IMG/VR virus record: IMGVR_UViG_2740892523_000006
Direction: 5' to 3' (one strand)
DNA: 55,003 nt
From: a virus
Lineage: Duplodnaviria > Heunggongvirae > Uroviricota > Caudoviricetes
The number at the start of each line of letters is the position of its first letter. Within the stretch, counting starts at the first letter, position 1. The notes beneath the pieces were generated by a model that had not been told where the DNA came from, did no database searches, and saw nothing but the letters and a program-made list of their open reading frames with translations. A program made the position numbers and the translations under genes. Shown here piece after piece: positions 37,612 through 47,966 of the stretch.

Positions 37612-39702
37612 TCAGGCCAGCGGGTCATTTTCTTTTAATTTCGCTTCCAGCAACTGCAATCCCCGCTGGAAATTACGCTCGTATTCTTCATCAGGTTCAT
37701 CGTCAGCGACCGGTTGCTGAACGGTCACCGTATTACCCACAGGGCGGTATATGTTTTCCAGCCAGGGCTCCTGCGGCTTGTGCTCCAGCACGTTGACAAC
37801 CTCATCCTCGGCATCACGGATTTTTTCCTCTGCGCGTTTACGCATGCCTTTAAGGCGTTGCTGCTGTTTGTAGTATTCCGCGCTAACCGGGAAGGCTTCG
37901 CGTTTATTACCGTCCCATACCGCCTCGCAAATCACGCTGCCATCCAGGCGACGTACGGTAATTCGTTCGGCATCATGAATGTCATAGCTGATAAGCACCT
38001 TACGACCATGCTCGTCACGCAGCTCGGGCGCGTAGTAAATATTATTCAGCCAGCGTATTTCACAGCGTCTTACAGGGCGTTCCACCATCGGCCGGAACAT
38101 ATCCCGCAGCTCAACATCGGACAGCCATTCAATTTCCGTGTCCTCTTCCGCCAGGCGTTTTTTTCTGAACTCCGCCGGGCTGTAATGCTTGCCGTTCGGC
38201 TTCACCGGTAATTCATCGTGCGGCCGGTTGTTGTACCACTCAACACCGTCACGAATGGCATCAATCAGTTCAGACCAGGACGGTAAATCACGCATCGCTG
38301 ACTGCTGCCGGGCGTTCAGCCGTTTGCCCTGTTGCAGGGCAGTAAATGCCGAGCGTAAATCGCGGTTGGTTTTGCGTAACGTCTCGCGATCTGCACCTTT
38401 CCCGAAATAGGTGCGGTATTTACGGGCTATGCGCATCGGTAATGTGCGGTTAAGCCGTTCGATAATGCCTCGTCCCTGCGGATTACCGGCAATCCCGGTC
38501 GGGTGATTAATCCCCAGTCGCGGCAGTATCCCCACAACCTCCTTATCCAGGATGTCGGCGGTTTCCCCGGAGCCGTTATCCGAGTAATACAGAAACGGTT
38601 TGCCGTGATGGCGAATGCCGTGCTGTATGGCACCGGCTACGGCGAAAACATTTTCAGCCAGGTCAAGGCTCCAGCCCACCACAAAGCGCGTGCCACCGTC
38701 GATAACAAAGGTCACTTCCGGTGCAAATGGCCGACCGTGAACCGGGTGTGCGCATTTCAGCTTCATGCCGTGACCGTCACCAATCCAGACATAATTCACC
38801 GGCATTCTGGACCAGTCGCGGCGCGTGAATCCCTCAAGCTGGCGGTATTCACTGCCGGTCACCCGGCCTTTTTGTTTCACCACTTCCGGCAGTTTCTTCA
38901 TTGCGCGGCGAATGGTGTCATAAGACGGCATGATATCGAGCATATAAGGCTCATCAGCGTGCCGGTGCTGCCATTCAGCGACAAAATCCTCGTAAGCCTC
39001 GGTCATTGGTCGGCCGTTTGACTGGCGATACTGCGCCAGAAATTCGGGCAGCCAGTTAATATCTTCGGCTTTTATTTCCTGGCGCTTACCCGGTGCCAGT
39101 AAAAGCAGGCGTTCAGCGGCGTTCTGCGCCTTGTTAAAGGCCGCAATCCAGCGTTTCAGCGTTATTTCACTCAACGCACGGCTGTTTCCCTTTTTGGCGT
39201 TCGCCGTCTCAACCATTGCCACAATGCGCTCGTCCAGTTGCGAACGTGCCAGGTTGTCAACGATAAACCGGATAGCTTTCGCACAGCTGAAACCGGGTTG
39301 TTGCGCGACTTTCATCACTTCGCTGACGATCGCGATTCGTGCATCAGCCACCTGGCGCTGGTTTTCAGTCAGGGCATTAAGGCGTTCAACCATCAGTTGT
39401 GGTGATCCGCGATATGCCTCCACCGCATCAACCACGGCAGGCGAGCGTCTGGCCTTTGTCACCACCGGAGCCGGTGATTCATCAGCTTTTTGCGTCATCA
39501 GTTGAAGGGCATAACGTTCACGCAATACTTGTTGCGCGCCAGAAGGCAAACAATCGATATTAAATTCGATTGCTTTTGTCCCCTTACGTTTGCGTAACAT
39601 GGCTGCATTTCCCGCAGCTGCTTTTGTGAGTCGATGGCGAATGTTATGTTCCATCATTGGTAAATCAGGAAGACCAACACATTCTTTTGCTGTTACCCAC
39701 AT
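37612..39702 (-). CDS. A: DDE transposase A (MuA-like)
   Basis: 696 aa; N-terminus MWVTAKECVGLPDLP...KGTKAIEFN resembles MuA; followed by B. Confidence 0.9.
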   Translation of the reverse strand: MWVTAKECVGLPDLPMMEHNIRHRLTKAAAGNAAMLRKRKGTKAIEFNIDCLPSGAQQVLRERYALQLMTQKADESPAPVVTKARRSPAVVDAVEAYRGSPQLMVERLNALTENQRQVADARIAIVSEVMKVAQQPGFSCAKAIRFIVDNLARSQLDERIVAMVETANAKKGNSRALSEITLKRWIAAFNKAQNAAERLLLLAPGKRQEIKAEDINWLPEFLAQYRQSNGRPMTEAYEDFVAEWQHRHADEPYMLDIMPSYDTIRRAMKKLPEVVKQKGRVTGSEYRQLEGFTRRDWSRMPVNYVWIGDGHGMKLKCAHPVHGRPFAPEVTFVIDGGTRFVVGWSLDLAENVFAVAGAIQHGIRHHGKPFLYYSDNGSGETADILDKEVVGILPRLGINHPTGIAGNPQGRGIIERLNRTLPMRIARKYRTYFGKGADRETLRKTNRDLRSAFTALQQGKRLNARQQSAMRDLPSWSELIDAIRDGVEWYNNRPHDELPVKPNGKHYSPAEFRKKRLAEEDTEIEWLSDVELRDMFRPMVERPVRRCEIRWLNNIYYAPELRDEHGRKVLISYDIHDAERITVRRLDGSVICEAVWDGNKREAFPVSAEYYKQQQRLKGMRKRAEEKIRDAEDEVVNVLEHKPQEPWLENIYRPVGNTVTVQQPVADDEPDEEYERNFQRGLQLLEAKLKENDPLA

Positions 39703-39712
39703 ACATCCCCCA

Positions 39713-39979
39713 TCAAGCCACTTCTCTGGCGTCCACCTGGTATCTGCTGGGCCAGATTACAGCAGGTTCAACCCCTATTTTTTCGGCGATGGCGGCTTCG
39801 TATTTACGGCACTGGCGGTAAAACACATTGCGCATTGATCCGCTTTTTAATCCTAACTCCCTTTCCAGTTCAGGGAGGTCTGTGCCTTTGTTTTCAAGGG
39901 CTGCATATACCGCTTTAGCAGACCAGTCACACCCCTCTCGAACAAACAAATTATTCGATGCTTGTCTGGATACCCTCAT
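39713..39979 (-). CDS. ner: Ner-like DNA-binding regulator
   Basis: 88 aa; C-terminal VIWPSRYQ shared with recalled Mu Ner; divergent from repressor gene. Confidence 0.8.
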   Translation of the reverse strand: MRVSRQASNNLFVREGCDWSAKAVYAALENKGTDLPELERELGLKSGSMRNVFYRQCRKYEAAIAEKIGVEPAVIWPSRYQVDAREVA

Positions 39980-40135
39980 TGTGTGATCCTCTCATGTTTA
40001 CCTGAACCGATAATCAAAACCGGTTATCGATTTAGGTAAATCATAATCGCAAAATAATTCGATATCAACGGTTTTTTGCGAGCACATCGAAATTAAATGC
40101 GATGTTGATAATTTCTTTGTTTTATAGGGGGTTAT
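39980..40135. promoter_or_regulatory. Divergent early promoter/operator region between ner and repressor
   Basis: AT-rich; palindrome CGATAATCAAAACCGGTTATCG and further TCGATA/ATCGAA motifs. Confidence 0.5.
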
Positions 40136-40747
40136 ATGGATAAGGCAGAAAAAACCGTATCCAGTGCGGAACGGTTTATTGATATGGAAGGAATAAACCG
40201 ATTTTCAGAACGCTTAGCTATGGCTATGGGAAACATGACAAACGTCGAACTGGCGACCCTTTGTGGACTATCTGAAGCCACAGTAAGAAATTACAGGAAG
40301 GGGAAAAACTTCCCTCCTTTGGATAAACTGGCCTTAATAGCTAAAGCCTGTAATTGTTCACTCGAATGGTTGGCCACAGGCAAGAACGAAGATGAATGCG
40401 GAAAAATCGAAAACAATTGCGATTCAGGTTCGGGTATTGATCAGGCGCTTAGCTCTCTAAGCCCCCAAGAGAAGCAATTAATCCTTACATTCATCAGGCG
40501 AGAAGGTACTAACAACCTTGTCAGGCTGGCAGCAATGAATACATCTACAATCAGCCAGGATGCGGTAGAAAGCATCATTGATGCCTTGCCATTACGTCCC
40601 GTACTAAAAAATGCAATAAAGATAGGAATGGCGGGAAGTGAAGAAACAGACAAAGAGATTTTGCGCGTTATTGAGAAGTACAACTCGAGCAATAACGCCA
40701 CCCAGGAATCAGGGGCAGTGACAGTAAAGAAAAATGTTGTTGGTTAA
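40136..40747 (+). CDS. Prophage repressor (HTH XRE-type), in Mu c position
   Basis: 203 aa; HTH NVELATLCGLSEATVRNYRKGKNFP; divergent from ner-A-B operon. Confidence 0.75.
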   Translation: MDKAEKTVSSAERFIDMEGINRFSERLAMAMGNMTNVELATLCGLSEATVRNYRKGKNFPPLDKLALIAKACNCSLEWLATGKNEDECGKIENNCDSGSGIDQALSSLSPQEKQLILTFIRREGTNNLVRLAAMNTSTISQDAVESIIDALPLRPVLKNAIKIGMAGSEETDKEILRVIEKYNSSNNATQESGAVTVKKNVVG

Positions 40748-40919
40748 GCGCCATCGCTATCATGAGGTGGTGCTGTAAATACATATAGAGATCATATGAC
40801 TCATCCCAAGATAATCACGCTATTGAATAGTAATTCATGATGATTATCATACTGATTATAGTTAGATCGATTATGTGAGCATTTTGGCAGTTTGAAGATG
40901 TTTTGAAGAAGATTTTAAG

Positions 40920-41093
40920 GGTAAATTAGCAGTATCAAATGTGTCGCCGTTTTTTGATCTTTTGACTATTTGTTGAGCAGTCGGTATCAAAAAGAGTTTT
41001 CCGTCCGAAGTATACATCACCTGTTTTATTTCAGCATCTTACAGGTGATTTCACCTCCTTTCACTAAAACCCTTGTCGGTATCAAATGATTCA
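40920..41093. repeat. Mu-like left-end terminal repeats (putative transposase binding sites)
   Basis: On minus strand TGAATCATTTGATACCGAC at terminus (41093 downward), TTTTTGATACCGA ~100 bp in, ATTTGATACTG ~150 bp in; spaced like Mu L1-L3. Confidence 0.55.
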
Positions 41094-42848
41094 CCTGGTT
41101 ACATGATGTCGTGCTGCTTCCGTTTCATTCATCCGGTTCAGTGCAGCATTTTCAGCATTACGGCGTTTCTGTTGCTCCTGATAATTCCGCTCTGCCTGCT
41201 CTTTTGCATCCTGCAAATCCTTCTGGCGTTTTTTCTCCTGAAGATCGTTAAGACGCTGCTGATCGTATTCAACCTGAGAAGATGATGCCGTCCAGGGGAG
41301 TCTTTTCGCCCGCGACACTTTCTCCTGTAAAGCGGCAATCTGTTCATCCAGCGAGTCTTCACGACCAATATTCATGGCCGCATCCCAGAAACGACTCCAC
41401 AAATCAGACAGATACTTCAGCGTACTGCCAAGCGCATTGAGGTTATTATCAATATCCGCAGTACGCCGACCGGTTTCCTCTGCCAGTGCAGACATGGCTA
41501 TCCGTGCAGCATCACTGGACCGCCCCTGCTCCCCAAGGACGCGTATCTGCTCAAGCTGAGTGGCAGTAAGAAAATGCAGCTCATTGTCCAGAGCCTTCGC
41601 GGCATTTACAGGATCATCCTTCAGCCGCTTAAACTGATTTATGGTATCGCTGACCGACTGGCCAACCGATCGCTCCATCTGTGCGGCAGCTCTCGCCACC
41701 ATACCGATATCGTTTCCACGAAATGCACCACTCCCCACCACCTGAGCCAGCGCACCGGCTGCAGCATGTTGCGTGATACCATTCCCGGAAATAGCACGAC
41801 TGAGCGTCCACAGCTGCCCGGCAGTGACTCCGGCATAATGCCCCGTCAGCGACAGCTGGCGGTTAAATTCTTCCCCCTCCTTCTGACCGTCATACCAGGC
41901 TTTACCCAGACCATAGACAGCCGCGGCAATACCGCCAATAACCGCTCCTGGCATCATGCCTTTCGGTGACATCAGTGTGTCTATCCACCCGGCACGGTTA
42001 GCCAGCGTTATTCCGGATCCCCTCAGCGCACCTAAATTGCCGCGGGCCAGTTCACCTATCAGAACGCCTATCTCCTGACGGGCTGCTGCACTTTTCAGAC
42101 CCAGCGAATGCGTGGCTTTTCCTGCCTGCTCCATTTTGCGGATATACACTTCTGCAGCACTGCTTACCCCCAGCTGGGCAGCCTTAGCACGAAGCAACTC
42201 AGAAGAAGAAAGATTCTGGCGGGTTGCCTGCTCTTTAAGCTGACGGATAAACGCCACTTTCTGTCGGGTAGCCTCTTCCTCAGCCTGTGTAAGAACACGG
42301 GTTTTCGCCGTAACCTCAGAAATCAGCGCCAGATAATCCTGCTGACCAATCCCGCCACTGTTTCTGGCCTGTCGGATCTGTTGCTGAATACGCTGTAATT
42401 CCTGCAGCCCCGCACCGGCCTGTTTCACACTGTCAATCTGACGATAAAACGCAGCAGCCGCTTTATCCTGAGCCTCCGCCAGAGCCATGGCCTGCGCCTG
42501 TTCCTCGCGCATTTTCTGGCTCAGTGCCTCCATACGCTGGCGGGTTTGCTCCACCTCGCGGGCCATGCGTTCATGAGCCTGTGCGCTCTTCTCCACCGTC
42601 TGCGCATGGACGGATGCGGCTGTTGCAGCCGAAGAAGCCGCCTGCATTGTCTGCCGGGCGGCCTGAGTCTGACGCTCCATAAAACGCTGCATACGGGCAG
42701 AAGACCGTTCTGCATCGCTGGCTGCACCATTCAGAAGGTTTTTGATACGGGGAATTTCATTTTTAAACTCTGCCGCATCAATCCCCAAATCAATGACCAG
42801 GTTGGCTATCTGGTCCATAACGCACACCTCCGGAAATACCTTCCCCAA
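41091..42848 (-). pseudogene. H: Lambdoid tape measure protein H, N-terminal fragment, truncated at Mu-like insertion
   Basis: 585 aa; N-terminus MDQIANLVIDLGIDAAEFK resembles recalled lambda gpH start; stop codon TGA 41091-41093 coincides with first bases of Mu-like end. Confidence 0.75.
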
Positions 42849-43119
42849 GATGCATCAGTTCTTCGTCCGTTCGCTCCGGTATCCCGTTCTCTTCCGGTAA
42901 AAGGCTGAAATCAGCCACCGCAGCATCACTGCTACCGGACACCATTCTCACGATCAATGCCTTCAGCGAGGCAAACTGCGCATCCATCCACACATCACTG
43001 AAGCTCTGCATCCGGAAATAATCGCCCCACTCACCAAGCTCAGTGGCCGACATTTCCGACAGCATCCGCCGCCAGTCTGCCCGCCGGAACTCCCGGGCAA
43101 GCCGCATGACAAACTGCAT
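42790..43119 (-). CDS. T: Tail assembly chaperone T-frame (expressed as G-T fusion by -1 frameshift)
   Basis: ORF in -1 frame relative to G, open across G stop; overlaps H start; lambda G/GT arrangement. Confidence 0.65.
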   Translation of the reverse strand: MQFVMRLAREFRRADWRRMLSEMSATELGEWGDYFRMQSFSDVWMDAQFASLKALIVRMVSGSSDAAVADFSLLPEENGIPERTDEELMHLGEGISGGVRYGPDSQPGH

Positions 43120-43127
43120 TTCCCGCG

Positions 43128-43517
43128 TCAGGACTTTTCCGGCGTCAGCACCTCATGCTCCAAATCCCCGGCATTCTCAATGGCTCCCATACCGCTCAGC
43201 GACAGAACCATCTCCGCCCCCGCTCCCAGGGCATCATACGACCATGTTGTAATAACGGATGCGCAAAGCGTCTCAACATCCTGAGACTGTTCCGCATTCC
43301 ACAGTGAGCGGGAAACCAGCCAAGCATTGATATCCATCCCCATCCGCAGAAAAGCAATCTGTCGTTCAGCCTCCGGCAGTTCTCCCTCTTCGGCATCAAA
43401 CTTTGCCGTTCGCTGCTGAACAAACGCCAGATATTCAATTCTCTGCAGCCCGGACAGCTCACTGAGCACCACGGACTGCTTTTCATAATTAAACGTGCCC
43501 TGTTTCAGAAACATCAT
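43128..43517 (-). CDS. G: Tail assembly chaperone G
   Basis: MMFLKQGTFNYEKQSVVLSELSGLQRIEYLA resembles recalled lambda gpG start. Confidence 0.75.
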   Translation of the reverse strand: MMFLKQGTFNYEKQSVVLSELSGLQRIEYLAFVQQRTAKFDAEEGELPEAERQIAFLRMGMDINAWLVSRSLWNAEQSQDVETLCASVITTWSYDALGAGAEMVLSLSGMGAIENAGDLEHEVLTPEKS

Positions 43518-43574
43518 GTTCTCCACCTGCAAAAAAGCCCCGGATAACCGGGGCAAATGATGAGTATCGTCCTG

Positions 43575-44318
43575 TTAACCTGCAGCGCTGACAGTCACCG
43601 CAGCCACAGCCACAAAATTCCCGTCAGCGGTCATGCCCACAATGCTGACGCTGCCCTGCTTCACGCCTTTCACCGTGGCCACAAGTCCGTTCAGGGTCAC
43701 AGTGGCTGTCTGTGGATCTGTCGAATGCACACTGATCGCTTTGTCACTGGCTCCGTCAGGTTTTACTGTAAAGGTCAGCGTGGTGGTTGCTCCCACATTG
43801 ACACTGGCGGATGCCGGTGCCACCGTCAGCCCGGTAACGCCCACAGTTTCAGTGCCCTCCTCTGCCAGATATGGACGCCCCACACCGCTGATTTTCACTG
43901 TGCGGGTCATCACGTCTTTTGAGGCAATGGTTTTACCCAGTGAGCTCAGCCAGCCGCGGAAAACATCAACAGTGCCGTTGGGATATTTGATACGAAACGC
44001 GCAGACTTCACCGGAGTCGAACAACTGAACCAGTTTTTTCTGCCCGCTGTCACCCGGACGCCAGGCCAGCGTCGCCGAAGTATCACCAACGGATTTCTGC
44101 CCCTGGGTTGTCGTTTTCCAGTCTGCATCTTCATCATCGAGATAAGTGTCATCTTCTGCATCAGCGGTCATTTCGCCAGGTTGCAGATCCTTCACCATCG
44201 CAAGACGCAGCCAGTCAGTGTCCGACAAAGGGTTCGCAAACGCATCGCCGTTGCCGGTATACATCCAGAACGTCGTCCCCGCACCTTTCGTCTTTGCCAG
44301 TGGATTTGGCGTGGTCAT
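43575..44318 (-). CDS. V: Major tail protein V
   Basis: From MTTPNPLAKTKGAGTTFWMY (246 aa, as lambda gpV); Ig-like C-terminal region. Confidence 0.85.
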   Translation of the reverse strand: MTTPNPLAKTKGAGTTFWMYTGNGDAFANPLSDTDWLRLAMVKDLQPGEMTADAEDDTYLDDEDADWKTTTQGQKSVGDTSATLAWRPGDSGQKKLVQLFDSGEVCAFRIKYPNGTVDVFRGWLSSLGKTIASKDVMTRTVKISGVGRPYLAEEGTETVGVTGLTVAPASASVNVGATTTLTFTVKPDGASDKAISVHSTDPQTATVTLNGLVATVKGVKQGSVSIVGMTADGNFVAVAAVTVSAAG

Positions 44319-44328
44319 TACCACCTCC

Positions 44329-44742
44329 TTAATTCGTGTACGTGATCTGGTACGTGATTTCCGCCATCGCCCAGGTGGCCATCTCATTATCACGTTGATA
44401 GTTAAAACCGAGTGGGATCAGGGTGTCGATGAGTCCGGAAAGTGCCGATACATCATTCAGGGCCGGGAAAATGGTGCTCTCCATCCACATATCCAGCTCT
44501 GAATCCGGTGCCTGTGCCCGGATGAAGACAGCAATATGCAGAACAGCCTGCCAGTCATCTTCATCCGTCATTTTTCCGGTGTACTGAGCATCACTCAGCC
44601 ACACCGCCACGGCAGGCAGTTCCTGCGCATCAACAAATGCCGGAAGCCCGTCAAAAAACGTGGCGCTGTCTCCACACTGTTCCCGAAGGCGTGCCAGTAC
44701 GACCTGGCGGATTTGTGTATGTCGGTTCATCGGGTCAGCCAT
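44329..44742 (-). CDS. U: Tail terminator protein U
   Basis: ATFFDGLPAFVD...AVAVWLSDAQYTG...PDSELDMWMES parallels recalled lambda gpU. Confidence 0.8.
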   Translation of the reverse strand: MADPMNRHTQIRQVVLARLREQCGDSATFFDGLPAFVDAQELPAVAVWLSDAQYTGKMTDEDDWQAVLHIAVFIRAQAPDSELDMWMESTIFPALNDVSALSGLIDTLIPLGFNYQRDNEMATWAMAEITYQITYTN

Positions 44743-45305
44743 AACCTCAGTTGTTGTTTCAGTGCATACCCCAGCTGTTTCGGCATTTCCGCAGCAATGA
44801 TGCGGTCGCGGGCATCTTCAAATGCCTGTGTCAGCGGTCCGGACAGCGGGATTTTCACCACATCAATGGGGTAACGATTTTTGCCATCAATACGCCGCAT
44901 CACATGCCAGCGACCATTCGCCAGTTGCTGAATAAACGCATCCCGGAAAAGATATTTACCCACCTTCAGCACACTGCCACGGTACTGCAGTTTTCCACCA
45001 CGCTGGGCCAGTCTGACCCGGGCTGTCCCCAGCTTAATGGCGGGCAGATTGCCCCGGTTAACGCGGATCCTGGCCGTCATTTTTCCTGACGGACTGGCTT
45101 TAAACACCCGGACACGCTGACGAACCAGTTTCAGGGGGATCCCTTTCACCTGGTTATCTCCCGCAACGGTATTCCCGGCAACCTGCCGGGTGGCAACCGA
45201 GCCCGCTTTCTGTGCCACACGGTTTATCGCCCATGCGCTGGCCTGTGGCACCATACGGGTATCAAGGCTGTTCAGATTGCGGATGGCATTCTCAAGCCCC
45301 TTCAT
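44727..45305 (-). CDS. Z: Tail completion protein Z
   Basis: 192 aa (same as lambda gpZ), position between FII-like and U. Confidence 0.7.
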   Translation of the reverse strand: MKGLENAIRNLNSLDTRMVPQASAWAINRVAQKAGSVATRQVAGNTVAGDNQVKGIPLKLVRQRVRVFKASPSGKMTARIRVNRGNLPAIKLGTARVRLAQRGGKLQYRGSVLKVGKYLFRDAFIQQLANGRWHVMRRIDGKNRYPIDVVKIPLSGPLTQAFEDARDRIIAAEMPKQLGYALKQQLRLWLTR

Positions 45306-45316
45306 CCCACACCTCT

Positions 45317-45592
45317 TTACTCAATAAAGATCATTGGCTTACCGTTAAAGCGTTCATGCCGTGTGACCGTCCATTGTTGTCCGTCATAAACAACGCGATC
45401 CCCGCGCCGTGGGCGGTATCCCGAAGAAAACACCACCAGAGAGACCGCAGGTCCGGACAGAGCATTCAGCTCTGCCAGTGTTTCTCCCGGGATCACAGTC
45501 ATATCGACATCATTAATCGAGGCTGTCTTTCCCATCTTTCTGACCGTGATAGCATCCATACGCGCTGCCAGCCGGGAAAAGGGATCAGACAT
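45317..45592 (-). CDS. Head-tail joining protein (FII-like)
   Basis: 91 aa; position upstream of Z; weak resemblance to lambda FII. Confidence 0.5.
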   Translation of the reverse strand: MSDPFSRLAARMDAITVRKMGKTASINDVDMTVIPGETLAELNALSGPAVSLVVFSSGYRPRRGDRVVYDGQQWTVTRHERFNGKPMIFIE

Positions 45593-45908
45593 TGAGTTTT
45601 ACCGGCACTTCTTCTGCACTGGTTCCGGCATCTGCCCAGACAACCCCGACCAGCGGATCAGAGCCGCTGTTAGTCAGCTGAACTTTTCCTGACTTCAGAT
45701 AAACCTTCTTACCCGTTTTCATGTCATCCGTTTTCAGCTTAGGCAGCATAAACACACCTTCGGTCATGCCGTCGCCTGTTTCACCCTGTGGAATATCGGT
45801 CAGCGCCACCGCAAAAACATCGCCCACCTGCACCAGATCTCCGCTGCTGATGGCTGCACTGGCAACAATCGCCACCGTTTTTCCTTCTTCTACAAAATTC
45901 TTTGCCAT
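45585..45908 (-). CDS. Putative head protein (decoration/packaging-like)
   Basis: ~107 aa from MAKNFVEEGK; between capsid and FII-like gene. Confidence 0.4.
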   Translation of the reverse strand: MAKNFVEEGKTVAIVASAAISSGDLVQVGDVFAVALTDIPQGETGDGMTEGVFMLPKLKTDDMKTGKKVYLKSGKVQLTNSGSDPLVGVVWADAGTSAEEVPVKLNV

Positions 45909-45994
45909 AACTGTCTCCGCACAGCCCCGTTCAGGGGCTGATTTCAGGTACAAAAAAAGCCCTTACGGGCCATCAGAGTTGTTGTCTGCGACGT

Positions 45995-47953
45995 TTACGC
46001 CGTACATTTCACCAGACCGCGGTGATCAACTGGCGCGACACCGGCGTCAATACGCACTTTCGTTGTCACGCCATCCACACTGAAGCCCTCCATCTGATCA
46101 ATATATGGCGTATCCACACCGTTGAGATAAGCCACTTCAATCGTATCGGAGCCTTTTGACGCAGCCAGGTAGAAGGTGGTCTGGCTGTTATCATCAAGAC
46201 GAGGCTCTGCAATAACGGTCGCAAAATCTTTCACCGGGTTAATAATACCGGCGTTAATGTCAGCCCCCTTGACACTTGAGGAGCGAATGACCTGGTTAGC
46301 AACAGACTCCATCGCCGTCGGTACCAGTACGAACGCAGGACGAATATTCAGATGACGCTCCCCCTCTTTCTGAACGCGCATCAACTGGCGGGCTTTATCC
46401 AGCGATGCCACGTCCATTGCAGCGCTCTCCAGTACGTTTGCATGTTTCGCTTTATCGAACAGACTTACATTATCTGTGGAGATTTTCGGGTTAGACGTCA
46501 GAATGGCATAAACCAGATCGGCAATAGTGGATTTCGCCGCACGGCCCAGTTTCATCGGGACATCGGTCAGCATATTCAGATCATCATTGATAATGGCCTG
46601 ACGGGTGATACTGAACAGCTCGCCATAGGTCGCCAGTGCAATAGTGGCCTGTTTATCTCCGGTGGTGACGTATTTATATTCCGCCCCTTCACGCACCTGA
46701 CGCAGAGCACTGAAGCCCCCCATACCCACACGATGGGCAATTTTAAAATCAGACAACTGACCTTTCCGCGTCCACTGTTCATAGGTTTCAGGGGCATCTT
46801 CCCAGCCCTGCAGAATGGCTTTGTTCGCAACATCCAGCAGAATATTACCGAAGTCAGACGTACTGTGTGTGAACGCCGCACCGACCATCTGCATCGGGTT
46901 ATAACTGGAAACCCCAATACCCCGTTCAGTCAGTGACATACGGGCATATTCACGCAGGGTCATCCCGTTGTAGACATTATCACGTTCGGTTTTTTCAAAT
47001 CCGGCACGCGCCATCAGCGCCTGGCGGATCCCATCCCCCACAAAATTACCGTTTCCGGCATAAATATGAGCCGGGGTATTTTTATTAGATGGCGTGGACT
47101 CGCGCCCCATCTCGTTCAACAGCTTTTCGCGGGCCTGCTCCAGCGAACATTCAGGATCGGCAAGACACTGAGCCTGCAGCGTCTGATAACGCCCGCCAAA
47201 CATGGCAAACAGATCATTAATACCGTTTACACGCGCTTTTTGCTCTGCCAGTACCTGCGCACGGATACTGTTTTCATCCACCACAGGTGCTGCTGCCTGC
47301 ACTGGCGTCCGGGAGGCTGCAGGTCCATCATCCTGTACGCGTGGAGCACTGTTGCGTGGCGGAGTAATCATGTTTCGAATGGATTCCGGCATCTTTTTAA
47401 ATTCCTCTGTACGTTTTGACTGAATACATGCCATTGCCTTAACGGCTGGCGTCACCTGATCAGCAAATCCATGTGCCAGACATTCGGCACCGGACATCCA
47501 GGTCTCATCCGCCAGCATGGCAGCAATTTCATCGGTGGTTTTCCCGGTTTTCTGTGCATAAGCGGGTAACAGAACCGCCTCAACTTTATCGAGCAGGTCG
47601 GCATAGGTGCGCATGTCCTCCGCATCACCGCCCGTAAAGCCAAATGGTTTATGAATCATCATGAAGGAGTTTTCCGGCATAATGACCGGTTTTCCCACCA
47701 TCGCAATGACCGACGCCATTGACGCCGCCACACCGTCGACATAAACGGTAATGGACGCACCATGTGTTTTCAGTGCATTAAAAATGGCGATGCCTTCAAA
47801 GACATCGCCACCCGGTGAATTGATATTGAGATTAATGTGGGTGATATCGCCCAGTGCATTCAGATCACTGATAAACTGCTTCGCTGTAACACCCCAGAAA
47901 CCAATCTCGTCATAAATATAAATATCCGCGTCACTCTGGTGACCAGCCTGCAT
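45995..47953 (-). CDS. Prohead protease (ClpP/S49-like) fused to major capsid protein
   Basis: Protease signature INSPGGDVFEGIAIFNAL...IAASMASVIAM in N-part, long C-terminal capsid-like region; likely start MQAGHQSDADIYIYDEIG at 47953. Confidence 0.7.
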   Translation of the reverse strand: MQAGHQSDADIYIYDEIGFWGVTAKQFISDLNALGDITHINLNINSPGGDVFEGIAIFNALKTHGASITVYVDGVAASMASVIAMVGKPVIMPENSFMMIHKPFGFTGGDAEDMRTYADLLDKVEAVLLPAYAQKTGKTTDEIAAMLADETWMSGAECLAHGFADQVTPAVKAMACIQSKRTEEFKKMPESIRNMITPPRNSAPRVQDDGPAASRTPVQAAAPVVDENSIRAQVLAEQKARVNGINDLFAMFGGRYQTLQAQCLADPECSLEQAREKLLNEMGRESTPSNKNTPAHIYAGNGNFVGDGIRQALMARAGFEKTERDNVYNGMTLREYARMSLTERGIGVSSYNPMQMVGAAFTHSTSDFGNILLDVANKAILQGWEDAPETYEQWTRKGQLSDFKIAHRVGMGGFSALRQVREGAEYKYVTTGDKQATIALATYGELFSITRQAIINDDLNMLTDVPMKLGRAAKSTIADLVYAILTSNPKISTDNVSLFDKAKHANVLESAAMDVASLDKARQLMRVQKEGERHLNIRPAFVLVPTAMESVANQVIRSSSVKGADINAGIINPVKDFATVIAEPRLDDNSQTTFYLAASKGSDTIEVAYLNGVDTPYIDQMEGFSVDGVTTKVRIDAGVAPVDHRGLVKCTA

Positions 47954-47966
47954 CCTGAACCAGGAA

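Larger units (their letters stand above)
2162..41093 (-). mobile_element. Mu-like transposable prophage (~39 kb), genetic left end at high coordinate; boundaries approximate
   Basis: Mu gene order on minus strand: repressor, ner, A, B, gam, gemA, mor/C, lys, terminase, portal, F, G, I, T, sheath, tube, tape measure, baseplate, S, gin, com, mom; TTTGATACCG-type repeats at both ends. Confidence 0.8.
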
